Assembly (NCBI RefSeq): GCF_964355755.1
Contig: NC_092670.1
Location: 18,524,795 to 18,588,794, forward strand
Source of the DNA: Antedon mediterranea
Lineage: Eukaryota; Animalia; Echinodermata
Length of the DNA stretch: 64,000 bases
Reading direction: 5' to 3'
Shown: positions 1 through 13,000 of the stretch, piece after piece
Numbering within the stretch: position 1 is the stretch's first letter
How the letters are laid out: each line of letters opens with the position of its first letter
The notes under the pieces: model-generated
Told to the model about the DNA's origin: nothing
Database searches by the model: none
What the model saw: the letters and a program-made list of their open reading frames with translations, nothing else
Made by a program: the position numbers and the translations under genes

Positions 1-199
1 GTTCTATGGAACGCTCAATGTGTCATAATACAACATCATATAGCTTGGTCCTGTTCTTTGTCATGCAAATGCTAGATTTGTAATCTTTTACCATATTTAA
101 AAAAACATTTTCATGTACACTAACTCGAATTCTATAAATTTCAGTTCAGTCACTGTGTTTGGTGTTTTTTTTTAATCCATTAGGCTAAAGTTTCTTTAC

Positions 200-3100
200 C
201 TTTCTAAAGCATCATCATAATCATTAACCGCCTGCTTCACAGACTCATCATCATGATTCTGCCGCGATTCTTGAACTTGCTTGGTAAGTTTTCGCAACTG
301 TTCAGTATGCCGTGTCGCCATGTCGTCAAAGCGCCGGTATGCTTCCTCAGGCGACGTTTGCTTCGTAATTACAGTGTCCAAGAAATCATAAAGATACTGA
401 CTGAGGAATTTGAAAGTCATGTGTGCATTTTCTGCTAAGACATCTGCTGCCAAATCATAGTACTAATAGAAAAAAACAGAAAAGATTGCTAAATAAAATT
501 TTAATTAAATTTAACTATTTCTAAATAAACGTATATCAATTTTAGCAAATATGGTAGTGATATGCCCAAATATGATAGTGATGGTCATATCACTATATGT
601 CATGTCATGTCCATATATGGGTAGATAATAAAGAGTGGTAGATTCAGGTTTGCAGTAAACCATGTGTTTCCAAAGGAAATTCTGCAAGTCAAGTTGAGAA
701 TGTCTCAACGTTTTGGTTTTATGCCCCAACTGCCTCCTATAGTAATAATAACTATATTAATACTATTATTGCCAAAGAATTTTCGATCATATGTCTTTAC
801 ATTTTTGTGAATAAAGTTTGTACAATCATGCAAGGCACTGTACCAGGTGGGAGGAATACCCCAAAAAAAACACTGGAAAGACAACATCAAAGAATGGACC
901 AAACTGACTCACAATAAGACTGAGGATGGTGGAGGACAGGGCCACATGGAGGAGAGTTGTTAAATCATCTACGGTGCCCCAACAGCCCCCAGCTGAGGGC
1001 AAAGTAATAAAGTATGTATGTGTACAGTATCTGTGTAATGAATTGCTACCTCATATTTGATATACAGTACAAGTAAATTGCCAAATGTTTCTGGTGGGCA
1101 AGGACTCTGTTGCAGCAGGAACTGTAGTTTCTCAAAGCCTTGTGTTGGGTTTGTTTCCATGTTCATTAATGCCTGGTTGTGCAGCGTCACTGGATCTATT
1201 TCCTATAAAATAAAAGAATAAGGAAACACATGTGCGCAAATTGTAGTACAGATAGCATCATATTGTGGAGTACTCGAGTGCCTAGCTAACTTAAAGGTAG
1301 GATGGTCTATAGCGCAATAGCCAGTAATTTTCACCACCCACCCCAAATCCCCAGCACAGATTGTCATATTTTGTATTAATAATTATATTTAAAGCATCTT
1401 TGGCTCATCTGTTTTTAACCTCTCACTGCGAACTTGGTCTAAGATCTGTCAAGTTATTGTGTTTATGAATTATCCTATCCGAGTAGGTTGTCTTGAATTA
1501 GTGATGGGGGGGGGGGGGTGCACTCCCTACTTTTTTCATAGTTATTTACAGTATTTTTTTACAAACTACAGTATTACTATTAATCATACATGTTTAGCAC
1601 TTTTCCAGTTAAAAAATGTTGGATCCACCCCTTAAACTAGCTGTCACATGATTGAGAAAATCTAGGTTAACTACATTACTCACCTCTTCTGCTCTTGGTG
1701 GCATGTCTGTTAATGCTTCTTGTGCAGCTTCCACTGGAAAAAAGCAAATCTTATCAATACAACATGCTCATTGAAGGTTTGAACTCTAGGAAAGTATCAC
1801 ACTCTGATTGTCTTGAATTTCTCAACTTTTATAAAGCTCTGTCTACACTATCAAACTAGTTTGTGATGTGCCTAAATATGGTAGTAATATGCTTAAATAT
1901 GGTAGTGATATGACCATATATGTCCATTTTTTTGTCACATAAAGTTTGATAGTGTAGACAGAGCTTTAGGTTTAAAAAGTACTATAGTTTTATTTTGTAA
2001 CATTGCTTACTTACAGTTTTTCAATTGAAACTCAATTGCAGCTTTCAGGTTGAATGCTTCGATGAGGGCAGTCTCATGCAGTACAAGGGTGTTGCCAACG
2101 CTACGCACCTCAATACCTTCTGTTGTCATGCCAACACTTAGCTCTGTATAGAGTAGAAAATGTAAGCATTTTTAAACTGGGTGCATAGTGTATAGGGATT
2201 AAAATAATATATATATATATATTGAAATAAAATAGAAAATTTCACATCATCAGCACTATTTTAACATACCTGGGTGTTCTCGAATGCCTCTTTCAATAAT
2301 ATCGGCAATGTTCTTGAGAGCTGGAGCATACTGTTTCATGCAGTAGTGACACAGTGCAATGTTATAGGACAAATCTACAAGAATAATATGTTTAAAAGTG
2401 GGTTATACAAAGTATAAACAGGACAATAAGTTACGATGCTTAGGATGTATTTGTTGGTAAAGCCTGGTTTCCATTAAAATCGCTACAGCGTTTCCATTAA
2501 AATCGCTACACGCGCAGATGTCGCCGACGCAATCGGGAAGGCTCCCCGATTCATCGCAGTCAAATCGGCAAAGTTCAACCATGTTCAACTTTGCCCATTT
2601 TGTCGGCGATGAATCGTATACACGTACCAAAGAATATTTTGCGCTCGCGTACTAGATTCCCGATAAATTCTAGCGTTTCCATAGAATCGCTACGCTCTGT
2701 CGTGTAGCGATTTTATGGAAACCAGGCTTTACCTACCTGGTCTATATCCCAAAATCTGTAATGCTGTTTGGAATTTCTGGCAGGCCACATCATAGCGTCC
2801 TTCCTTGAATAGCAAGCATCCTAGGTTCACCTCTGTGTCAGGATCTTCTGAAGCTGATTGTTCGACCAATGTCTTTAAGAAACACAGAGGTAATTAGGTA
2901 AGTATGGTGTACATATGTTGTTTACTGTGATGAACTATGGTTGAGTGTACTGTACTATTACAATAAATATGTTTTATTTTAGATTATTTTAAAATATACC
3001 TTCGCTGCTGGTAAGTCTTCTTCACCATACTTAATGGCTGCTTGCAGTTTAGTTATCTGAAAAATAATGTTATACAAATACAAAGCATTGTGTGAATGTT

Positions 3101-4872
3101 ATCATAATTATCAAGAGCAAATTTCACCTCACACTCTTTTACAGAATATAGATTTTGGAGGACAAAAATGCATTTAGGTCGACTAAAATAATTTGTGGTT
3201 TAACACTATTTTGAGGTTGTACAGTATGTACCTTGGTGGACTTCAATCTGCGCCAGTCTATGAGAACTTCATACCTTGCTTTGATAGCTCTTGTTTTCAA
3301 TTTGAAATGTGACCTTCATAGCCTCAGGGTACATGCAGGCGTTGTAGAGAGACTGAGCATAGTATAGCTTGTACTCATCTACCTCTGGGTTGATCTCAAC
3401 TAATTGTTGATAGCACTCAGCAGCATTGCTGTAATCCTGCATTTGATAGTAGCAATAACCAAGTAGAGACAAGGCTGCTCTAGCCTGAAGACACAAAAAT
3501 ATATATTTTATTATATTATACCACTGTAAAAAGGGTTATGTCCAAGTCAAACAAACATTGGTTAAGAGGGATAGTATTAGTAGATAGAATCATATTCCTT
3601 TCATCTTAATGTCATGCGCGATTTGAACGATTTGCGCAATTTGAAATTGCGCAAAAAAAATCCTTGCGCAATTTGAATTGAAACATGTGTCTCAAATTGC
3701 GCAAGCAACGTATTAAATTGCGCAAGTAATCTGCAAATTGCGCAAGGTTTTCCGACAGATTGTGAAATCATGCACACCCATATTTTTATAGTAATTTCTA
3801 AGAATGATTCAAAATTAAAGATAAATATCGCATTTCCTTATTTTAGTAGTGCAAATATTGTTATAAGTTAGCATACCGTCAAAGAACCGACGAAGGAAAA
3901 CGAAGCGGTGGTGTTCCACCAGGCGGGCGCGGCGCGGGCAGCCGGCTATACTACTCTAGCCTAGCTAGGGTCTGGACTACTGATACTGACTAGGTTACAT
4001 GGCCTAGCTTAAACTAATATTAAAAACTTAAAAAGTGAGTATTAAACATTATCTTCATTGAAATGGTCTTATTTATATAATAAAATACTAAATTTTAAAC
4101 TCCTCTGCCTAGGCCTAGCCTAGCCATGTATGGGAAAATTTACAGTTCGTTTTCAAATTGCGCAAAGGTGTCATATTGCGCAAGAACTATCTTGCGCAAT
4201 TTACAAATTGTGCAGCGCAATTTAAAATTGCGCAAAGATTTTCTTGCGCAATTTGAAATTGCGCAAGTTGATTGCGCAATTTGAAATTGCGCAAAAAAAT
4301 CCTTGCGCAATTTTAAATTGCGCAAGGATTTTTTTGCGCAATTTCAAATTTGCTTTGAAATTGATTTCAAGTTTGCTTTAACAAACATTTTTGGGGTGTT
4401 TTTTTGGGTAGATTTCTGTTTTATCAATTACCTTTGGGTGATTTTGCAACTCTTTTGATAAGATCTTTATTGCATCTGCAAACTTTGCCTCTTTGATCTG
4501 AAAATAAGAACAATAGCTTTTAAAAGTGGAGATAAGAATTATCAAAGTTAAATTTAAGTAAAGTATCATTTAAATTAAGGCATTTTGGCCCCAGACTTTC
4601 GGCCAATTAAATTAATTATGCCATGTTAGATTACAGTAAATTTCTTGAATAAATATATGCCATCACGTGCTATAGGAGCCTAGGCCTTGATAGGACTAGG
4701 ATAGGCCTAGGCCCTAGGCCTAGGTACTGCAGTTCAGTGTATCGTATGTAGGCCTACTACTAGGCCTAACCTCCTATTAATTTTAATCATTTATTTTATA
4801 TGATTTCCATAAACTTACCATTGAATAAATAACAGATGTATATTCACCATCTTTAACTTCAAATCCTGGCAT
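200..4872 (-). CDS. TTC30: Tetratricopeptide repeat protein 30 / IFT70 (fleer/DYF-1), 5' part; gene continues past the window start
   Basis: Exons (minus): 4819-4872, 4432-4497, 3275-3484, 3000-3056, 2737-2872, 2270-2374, 2015-2143, 1684-1733, 1050-1202, 200-462; all GT-AG and phase-consistent. Peptides MPGFEVKDGEYTSVIY, ARAALSLLGYCYY, GIREHPELSVGMTTEGIEVRSVGNTLVLHETALIEAFNLKAAIE and LTDMPPRAEEEIDPVTLHNQALMNM match IFT70/TTC30. Confidence 0.95.
845..996 (+). mobile_element. 3' fragment of an RTE-clade LINE
   Basis: Degenerate KxWKDNIKEWT...LRMVEDRATWRRVV, the typical C-terminus of RTE ORF2; no intact ORF. Confidence 0.55.
1835..1965. mobile_element. ~130-160 bp PIF/Harbinger-type MITE family (representative copy; ~11 copies or fragments in the window)
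   Basis: TIR AGCTCTGTCTACACTATCAAACT...AGTTTGATAGTGTAGACAGAGCT with TAA/TTA flanks. Related copies at approx. 545-625, 11215-11407, 45743-45891, 46520-46650, 49215-49327, 52946-53096, 54050-54137, 59799-59965, 60090-60330, 63014-63140. Confidence 0.8.
2461..2728. mobile_element. MITE, PIF/Harbinger-like
   Basis: TIR AGCCTGGTTTCCAT(T)AAAATCGCTACA / TGTAGCGATTTTATGGAAACCAGGCT with TAA and TTA flanks; lies within 10 bp of a TTC30 donor site. Confidence 0.8.
3612..4350. repeat. Putative non-autonomous element with terminal arrays of the palindrome TTGCGCAA
   Basis: 6 copies of TTGCGCAA at 3631-3746 and 11 at 4157-4341, with a ~72 bp near-perfect palindrome at 4279-4350; boundaries approximate, no TSD resolved. 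Confidence 0.65.
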
Positions 4873-5230
4873 TATTGTGCACAATTTTTAAGCTAATTTA
4901 AGTGTATTTTATAAAGCTTTCCGTTGTTATGGTGCTAAACTCTTTTTTAAAGCTTGAGGTATTTTTATCAATTGCGCATGTGTGTACAAAGGTCAGATTT
5001 GGTCATGTTTTGTTATTTTGTTTTTGACACGCGGCCGCGGTGTCGGTTCGTCGCGAGAGAGTCGTCGACGAGAGTTCATCTGAAAGTTAAGCTAAAGCTG
5101 GCCTGGATATTTGTTTATGGCGTGATTTGTTACATCATTGCAGTAGTTGTTTAAACGTGTTGAGGGTGTATAATCTTGTTTAATTATTTCTCAAGCAATT
5201 AAGCTATATATGCCTTGAATCATTGGCAAG
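4873..5230. promoter_or_regulatory. Probable bidirectional promoter, TTC30 / SLC25A10
   Basis: CpG-rich patch at 5025-5075, NRF1-like TGCGCATG near 4973 and an X-box-like half site GTTGTTATGG near 4923, directly upstream of the TTC30 ATG. A non-coding SLC25A10 first exon here is inferred, not proven. Confidence 0.5.
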
Positions 5231-6697
5231 TATAATGCTTCTTTGTTATTATAAATATATGATGATGAACAGATTACCTACTGTAGCCTTCTAGGCCCTA
5301 GGCCTACGTGATGTACGTGTACTGTACGAGTCGACGTGTGTAGACGGTTTGGTGACTGGTGGGTGGGGCGTTGGGATTGCGAAGTAGGCCAGCTGCGCTA
5401 GGCGAAGAGGTTAGGCAAGAGGGCACGGCATCATTAACAAATGCGTTAGTTGTAGCCTTTTAAAAAAAATTATTATACTAGCAACATGACTTTTTTTTTA
5501 AACCTGTCTGTGGGTAGGCCTCCCTAGGCCTAGGGCCGGCTATACCGTATTTTAAATTTGATGGAACATTAACAATTTTTTTTATATAATTTTTTAATTA
5601 AAATAAAAAAGAAACATTGAACTTTCCCTCGAAATTGCATGATTGATCAAATATTCTGAGGCACGTAAATAGTAACTGAACATTCTGGTACAATTCTCAT
5701 ATTCATAATAAGTTTCTTAAAATGTACTGTAAGTTGTTGTTTATTTAATTATTGTCAAATCCAAACAGTTTCATAATGTTCTTCGAAATTTGAGTACAGA
5801 TATAGAATTGTTATAGCTAATCAAATTTAAATTAACTTAATTGGATTTGAAGGACTTAAACTACTTTCATTATCATCATTTTCTAAATCTGATCTTGATT
5901 TTTCATAGAGCCCTACTTTTTCAAATGTACATTATCATTTGATTACAAGATACAAACAAAATGAGAAACTTTATGAACGCCAGGCTAGTAATCCAGAAGG
6001 TTGTGGGGTTGAGTCCAACCTAAGATTTTTCTTGCAAATTGTTTGTTTTCTCAATACTGTACTTATAATAGCATAAGTACTCTATATTGTCCACAAACAT
6101 CTGACCAAAAACTGATGTTAGCTATATTTATTACAAATTACTGTACTAATAAAATGTCATGAATTTACAAAACAATTGGTATTCAAATCATAGAGATTTC
6201 ACTATAATATCTCTATGTTCAAACTAAATTTGGAAATATGTACAGAGTACAGTAACGTACACTATTGAAGTAAGTTTGTTTCACCTTTTTATGTCAATAG
6301 GTCTTACAAATATTACAGGCACCTGCAGCATGTTCCTATTGTACTGTACAGTATGTGCACTCATGCATCACATTATTGCCCTTGAAATTACTCTACTATG
6401 CAAATTATAACATTTTAAAATAAGCTGTTGCAATTTTAGAATACAGTATTTTATGTTATAGCAATAACCCCTTCTTCCATAATTTCTATGGCAACGACCT
6501 CTAAACAGCTTATTTTAATTACACATTTGATCTTGACCTAAAGTGTAGTATGGAAAAAAATAACACAAAACAAAACCAATTAATACAATAATTATTATAA
6601 GATTGCATCAGATTGCTGGTCTTGATTATTCGCTCACCATTTTGAAAGATTATTTTAATAGCTAATTTATTACATTGTTAAATATTTGATTATTTAA

Positions 6698-7739
6698 CAC
6701 TTTGACTGCCAAACACGAAGATCTTCGTTTTTGGAAACACAACGCTTGACTGCCAAACACGAAGATCTTCGTTTTTCGCGTTTTTTTACGAAATCCGGTA
6801 GATAGGTTAATTATTGGTATATACTATAAATATGGACACTATATTCGGTCTGGACCGTGAATTTTTACATTTTGAAAGTAACTAATCTGGTTACGAACGA
6901 TTGTCAAAATGGTACCTGTCGAAATAACATAAACCGCACATCACAGTAGCGCGTACAGCGATGGTTTGGCGCATTGTTTATCGGTCGCGCGCTAGCTATG
7001 CCGCCGAAGCATTACAAAGGTTTATGTGGATTGGCATGTTTATTTATTATCTGAATAAAACATAATGGATGAATTTTCAATATGAAATCTTTAATTTTAT
7101 TATTGTATGTATACCCTAATTGTTTTGGTGTTTCACTGTAAGTGGCCGATTATCACGCAACAAACTTGTTTAGAATTGGTATGAATATTATCATCAGTTT
7201 ACTAGCTAGGCTAGTAGTACTAGGCTATAGCCTAGGCCTGGTCGTAAAACGATTCCGGACCAACTTTAGGCCTAGTTAACTAGGCCTGGTGTCTTTACTA
7301 TGTGGATTTTGGCGAAACATTGATGTAATATTTATGATTTATAAAATGTAATACATTTTTCGATAGTGATAACTTGTTTTTATAGGCCTATCGGTGCCGT
7401 GTAAGTAACTTTTTCGTTGTTTGTTGATCTCACCGGGCGATATTTTTATATTGTGATGTCTTGCACAAAATCGCGAATATCTCGACTTTCTTGCGCGAAA
7501 CTACGAAAAACTCAAAAAGTTGGTTACTTTCATTTTACTATTACAATTTACATATTGCGATTTGAAAATCGTTCTTGGTACCATTGTAAAGCTAAAATCT
7601 TTATGATTATTTTAGTCTAAATTACATGTAAATCAGATCACATACATATTTTCAATCAGCTTTAATAAAAACATCGAATTGGGCTATAAACGCTGGCAGT
7701 GGCAGTTTCTAACTGGAAAAACCTCTGGCAGTCAAAGTG
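6698..7739. mobile_element. Non-autonomous piggyBac-like DNA transposon
   Basis: Perfect 14-bp TIR CACTTTGACTGCCA / TGGCAGTCAAAGTG with TTAA on both sides (6694-6697, 7740-7743); internal direct repeat TTGACTGCCAAACACGAAGATCTTCGTTTTT x2; no transposase. Confidence 0.85.
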
Positions 7740-8310
7740 TTAAAGGCAATAAATTGACTAAATTATGACTTTACAGTTTACACTGATACAATAGGTGAAC
7801 CTTTAAATAGTTTAATAACTTGTTGTACCATGGAGTATGGTTGTACACAGTTAAAATTAAACATACTGAAATCCACATATAAATATGTTTCTTGAATAAA
7901 TGAGAAAAAACTATAGGAGACTGCTTGGTATGTAAACAGGGATGCTAAATTGCAATGCTGATCTACTTTCTATGTTCTGCTGCTAGCAGTATTCTGTAAT
8001 AAATTACATCATATCGTTAATTTGTTGTATGTATATATGTTGGCCATTTCTAATCAGTGTACTGTATTACAATCAATACCTTTTGATCTTGGACAGGCTG
8101 TCGTTCTGTGATGTACTGCACAGGTTATGTTTGATAATGTCATTTAATATCAAAGGCCATATGTTCAATTCTCAGTCTAGCCTGTAACTAGATTTTTTTT
8201 TCTACAATAAAATCGGCCATTCATGTTTTTTGGGGTTGTTTTTCCCAGATTTTTACTGGTAATGGTATTTCTAGTTTCTTAAAATTTTGAATATATTATT
8301 ATCCTTGTAG

Positions 8311-8904
8311 TTACCTCCGCCAAGGAGGTTATGTTTTCACCCCTGTATGTTTGTGTGTGTGTTTGTGTGTGTGTCTGTGAACAGCCTGGAGGCCACAGTT
8401 TTTATCCGATTCTAACCAAATTTGGACACAATGATCTATGCCCAAAAAGCTCGGACGAGTTCGAATTTGAAGGGGAAAGGTCATAGGTCAAGGTCACAAC
8501 TAACAAAAAACTATTTTACTGCCTAGAAACCACAGTTTTGATCCGATTCTCACCAAACTTAGCCACAATGATCAATGACACATCATATAATTGTGGTTAA
8601 ATTTTGAAGGGTCAGGGTCAAAGATCAATGTCCACAAAAAAAAAAAAAATAAAATAAAATAAAAAAATAATAAAAAAAAAAAAACCCCTCAGTGGGACTT
8701 GAACCCGCGATCTCAACTGTGAGAGGCTGGATACATAACCATTACACCACATTGTCATCCACAACTTTGTAGTGTGCAGTTAACATATTTACACTTAGAA
8801 CTAATAATAAAAAAAAATGTAAAAAAAAAAATATTCAGGGGGCATTTTATGTTGGGGAATTTTACAGTAGGCGGAGGTTTGTACTCTCGGAGTACCCTCT
8901 AGTT
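8311..8904 (+). mobile_element. Helentron-associated non-autonomous element (HINE/DINE-1-like)
   Basis: Subterminal inverted repeat ACCTCCGCC / GGCGGAGGT, GT-rich microsatellite near the 5' end, 3' hairpin GTACTC-TCG-GAGTAC, CTAG end, TT flanks. Confidence 0.7.
8692..8750 (-). pseudogene. tRNA-derived segment (Glu-CTC-like pseudo-tRNA or SINE head) inside the HINE
   Basis: Reverse complement GTGGTGTAATGGTTATGTATCCAGCCTCTCACAGTTGAGATCGCGGGTTCAAGTCCCAC has A box, B box and a CTC anticodon loop, but a poor acceptor stem; followed by a long T run. Confidence 0.55.
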
Positions 8905-9089
8905 TGTTATAAATTGAGTGTGTAATTTTGACAACCATAAATTGTTTTATGAATGGAGTAAAAGCTCTGTCTGTAATCTAGGTATTCCTAGTATTGGCCA
9001 CTTGTCATTCGCATGATAATTGATTTATCCAGGCCTCAATAGTACAGGAAGTGCCCATATGGAATACCATTTGTTATCATCAATACTTT

Positions 9090-9535
9090 CAATACTATCT
9101 ATCAAAACCACAGATTTTTCATCTTCTCTACAACGTATTTAATATGTTGCTGTTGTTACTAGATCAAAAGATATTCTAAGTTTACATAAGCCAAACACTG
9201 AGTACAAAAAGAAAAGTTTCTCGTATTCTGGCGCAAAGCTATGGAATAGTTTAAATGCTATAAACTCAAATGCAATTACAGCTCCTTCCTAATATAAATA
9301 TATTAAAAAAAATAATAAATGGCCAAAGATAAGATATACTTGAAACTCTATGTTTTTCATGAAATCATTTTTATTTTGTTTTTTTTGTATAGTTTTTTTT
9401 AATCATTATGTACTATAAATGATAAATTGTGTAAATAGTTTTGTAGTAAGTAACGGCCTTGTGAAAAACACCAATCTGGTGATCCAAGTGTTGCATCCAT
9501 TTTTAAATAAAGTTGTTATTATTATTATTATTATT
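9090..9535 (+). mobile_element. 3' relic of a CR1/L2-type LINE
   Basis: Translates KPNTEYKKKSFSYSGAKLWNSL (ORF2 C-terminal style) and ends in AATAAA plus a (TTA)n tail near 9507-9535. Confidence 0.6.
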
Positions 9536-10062
9536 GTATGGGACTTATGTATGTTTTTTTACTACTTAAAATGGTTGAATTCTCATTTGAACATACAGCA
9601 TTATTTCTGATATTATTCTGTATTAAAAGATGAAACATATGGTGCAATGATGAATAAGCAAAAAAAATTATACTTTTTTTAGGTAGGTTATTTACCATAA
9701 AAAAACGCTAAAATATTTTGCTGGTTGTTTTATGATACAAACATGTAGTAGTAAACATAATCTTCAGTCTAATTGCTTCGGCTCTACTCTAGTGTATAAC
9801 CTGAGTTCTAAAGCATGCATCCAACTGTACATTGATAATAATACTTAAACAATTGTATTTGTTGTTGTTTCACATATTCTTGATACACTCTAATAACCAG
9901 GGTAAAAAGGAAAATTATATTTTAGGTCATGATTTTTGTAAACAACTGACCTAGGAGTTATTTTTATTATTATTTTAATAGGATTTTTTTTATCTTATAC
10001 CTATTTTTGTCTTCGTCTTTCAAAAGGTATGGAAGTTGGTTGGAAAGTCTAGGATATTTGAT

Positions 10063-13000
10063 ATGACAGCGCAAGCTCAGGCCCAGGTGCTAGTCCCTAA
10101 CATGGGGCCTAAAAGAAGGCCTAGATGGTACTTTGGTGGCATATCATCAGCTGGAGCAGTGTGTCTCACACATCCATTGGACTTAATAAAGGTAAGAATG
10201 TAGATTAGCTTTCCAACAGAGAGGGTCAACTTGATGTTTAATGTTTAAACATATTTTTTATATTTCATATTTGCAAATCGAGGTACAATAATGTTTAATA
10301 ACAAAATTGCATCTGTAGTTCAATAATGAAACAGAAGAATAATTACTGCAGTTACTGACAGTTACTATATGTTGATAATTTTTTGTTTTTTTATAGGTTC
10401 ATTTACAAACACAACAAGAGGTCAAACAGGGAGGTTTTACGATGGCCAGAAAGGTCATTAGAAAAAATGGTGTAAAGGCGCTATATAATGGACTTTCAGC
10501 ATCAATAGGGCGACAGGTAAATAAATGTCTTCACAATTAAATACTGGTGAATTTTGACAGATTTATGCTGTTGTTATTGAGAATCTATTGTATTATTATT
10601 GTTACTAGCAAACAATAGACGAGGCAATGAGAGTAAAGTATCTTGACTATGGATACAGACAGGTCTTAACAAAAGTATGTAATTCCTTTATTTGAACCTA
10701 TCCTACATACTCTCTGACAAATTCGTAATATATGATACTCTTACTGACTAAGATACATTATTTATTTATTGGTATTTATTCATAAAACATGCTGAATTGC
10801 CTTTCAATTTACAAAATATGTATACAATTGGTTAAAATTATTTTTAAAAATGACTGCAATATGTCATAAAACCAAATTGCACATCGAAATACATAAACAC
10901 AGACAGGTCCCAAACCTATGCCTCTCGCACTCTAGTATAATAATTATCTCTTACCATTACATTATACTGATATCTAATTTAAGGGCAAATAGAAAACAAA
11001 CTTGTTTGTACAGCAAAAATATATTATATTCCTTCATTATTTTATTGTGATTTCCTATCTAATTTACAGTTAACATACTCTCTGACAAGATTTGGAATTT
11101 ATGATACTCTTAAAAGCCATCTTACAAATGACAATCCTAATCTTCCACTACCCTTCTATCAGAAGGCTCTAATTGCAATGTTTGCTGGTAAGTAATTTAC
11201 ATACATCTATTACCTAAGATCTGTACACTGTCAAACTTTTTCCAGGGACTTGTAAAATATTATATTATTATTTTACAACTCCCTGCTTTATGTGACAAGA
11301 AAATGTGATGTGCCCATATATGAACATGATGATGTCATATCACTACCATATTTGGGCAAATCATATCGGTTTTTTTCAATTAGTTTGATAGTGTAGATAG
11401 AACTTTAGTATGACCAGCCAGTTTGAGTTGGTGCATTTTCAAGACGTAATTGCTAATTTTTCTCTCAGGATATTTTAACAAGATCAAAGAAATTTACTTT
11501 GTTCTATTAGCAATATCAGTGGTAGTATTATTTTTTTACAGTATAAGTACTCCAGCCAGCATACTATATTATTTATGTTACTGTAGTATTCTGTGGCTTT
11601 GGCAAATTGTAATTGTACTGCAGTTACTGCATCATTAGGATATTGTCTCTCTGTGTTGTTTCCATGTCCTGTTCTTTACTAATTCATTTTCTATTACTTA
11701 TTCTTGATGGCCCACTATTCAAACTTTGGCCCTTTTTGTCTCCTGATTTTGTCATTAAAAAAAAAGAAAGTTCCTTTGTATTGTATTATACAATTTTATG
11801 AAGGTAAATAATTTAGACTTGGATGTTGCTGATTCTTTACTGTAAGTTTACTACATGTTATTTGTTATAGGTGCTTGTGGTGGTATTGTTGGTACACCAC
11901 CAGACATGATCAATGTCCGCATGCAGAATGATATGAAAATTGCGCCAGAATACAGAAGAAAGTAAGTTGAATTATCCAGCACTATTATATATAGTATATA
12001 TATATATTTTAACACTAAAGCCACTATGTTGGGGCCAGAAGGTTCCTTAATAGAGGTGGTACTGTATTATATTTGCCTATTATTTTTTAGTATTATAGTT
12101 AAAATGCATGTTTACTGTGCTACTTACTACCCTATTTGAAAAGAGTAAACAAACCATTTCAGTAAGCCATGTACAACATTATGAGAAGATTAATAATAAT
12201 TGATGTTTTTAATGTCATTTCAGCTACAAACATATTTTTGATGGTATTTGGCGTGTGTACACAGAAGGTACTGTAAACTTATTGATTTAATATTCACTTT
12301 TTTCAGTTCTTCAGTTTAGTTAGTGGATACAGTAATAACACAATTTGAAGGTGTATCAATTTGTTGGAGTCTATTACCTGATTAGCTTACCTGGATAAAC
12401 CGACATAGGCCTTTTCCCCTTCGAGGGGAGAACATATCGAAAAGTAAAAATATTCAGAACATGATTCAGAATCATAGAGACGACCCAAGTGGAAATACAA
12501 TATTGCTTCCCCTGATATGAATTTTAGAAATGATTGCTTGATTTGTTCATAAATGATAAATACATAACCATATTATTTGATAACATGTATTTGTTTTTAT
12601 GTAGAGGGTGTACGTAAAATGTTCTTTGGTGCTTCTATGGTGGTAATACGAGCAATGTTGATGACATTTGGTCAGGTACGTGACAAACCCGGCCTTGCAC
12701 AGGTTTCACCCTAAACTAAAACACCAGTCTCATCATATAGATAACAGGGGCTGACACTAATAAAATTTATAGTTGTTCCTCAAAGAATGAAGTCATTTCC
12801 TGTTAGTTTCCATTTTATATCAGAAGATCATTTTTCCCCTGTCCATTATTGACACCATATTGTATGGCAATCCTTGAAATTGACAATTAAAGATGTATTG
12901 TCCCCCAAAAACATCTAGTTCTGTAGTAAAAAAAACCCAAAACAATCATTTCACTTATAAAAAGACAAAATAAACAGTTCATTTTAACCAAAAACTCATT

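Noticed and set aside
8692-8750. Functional tRNA-Glu gene
   Set aside because: Acceptor stem is mismatched and it sits inside a repeat; treated as tRNA-derived.
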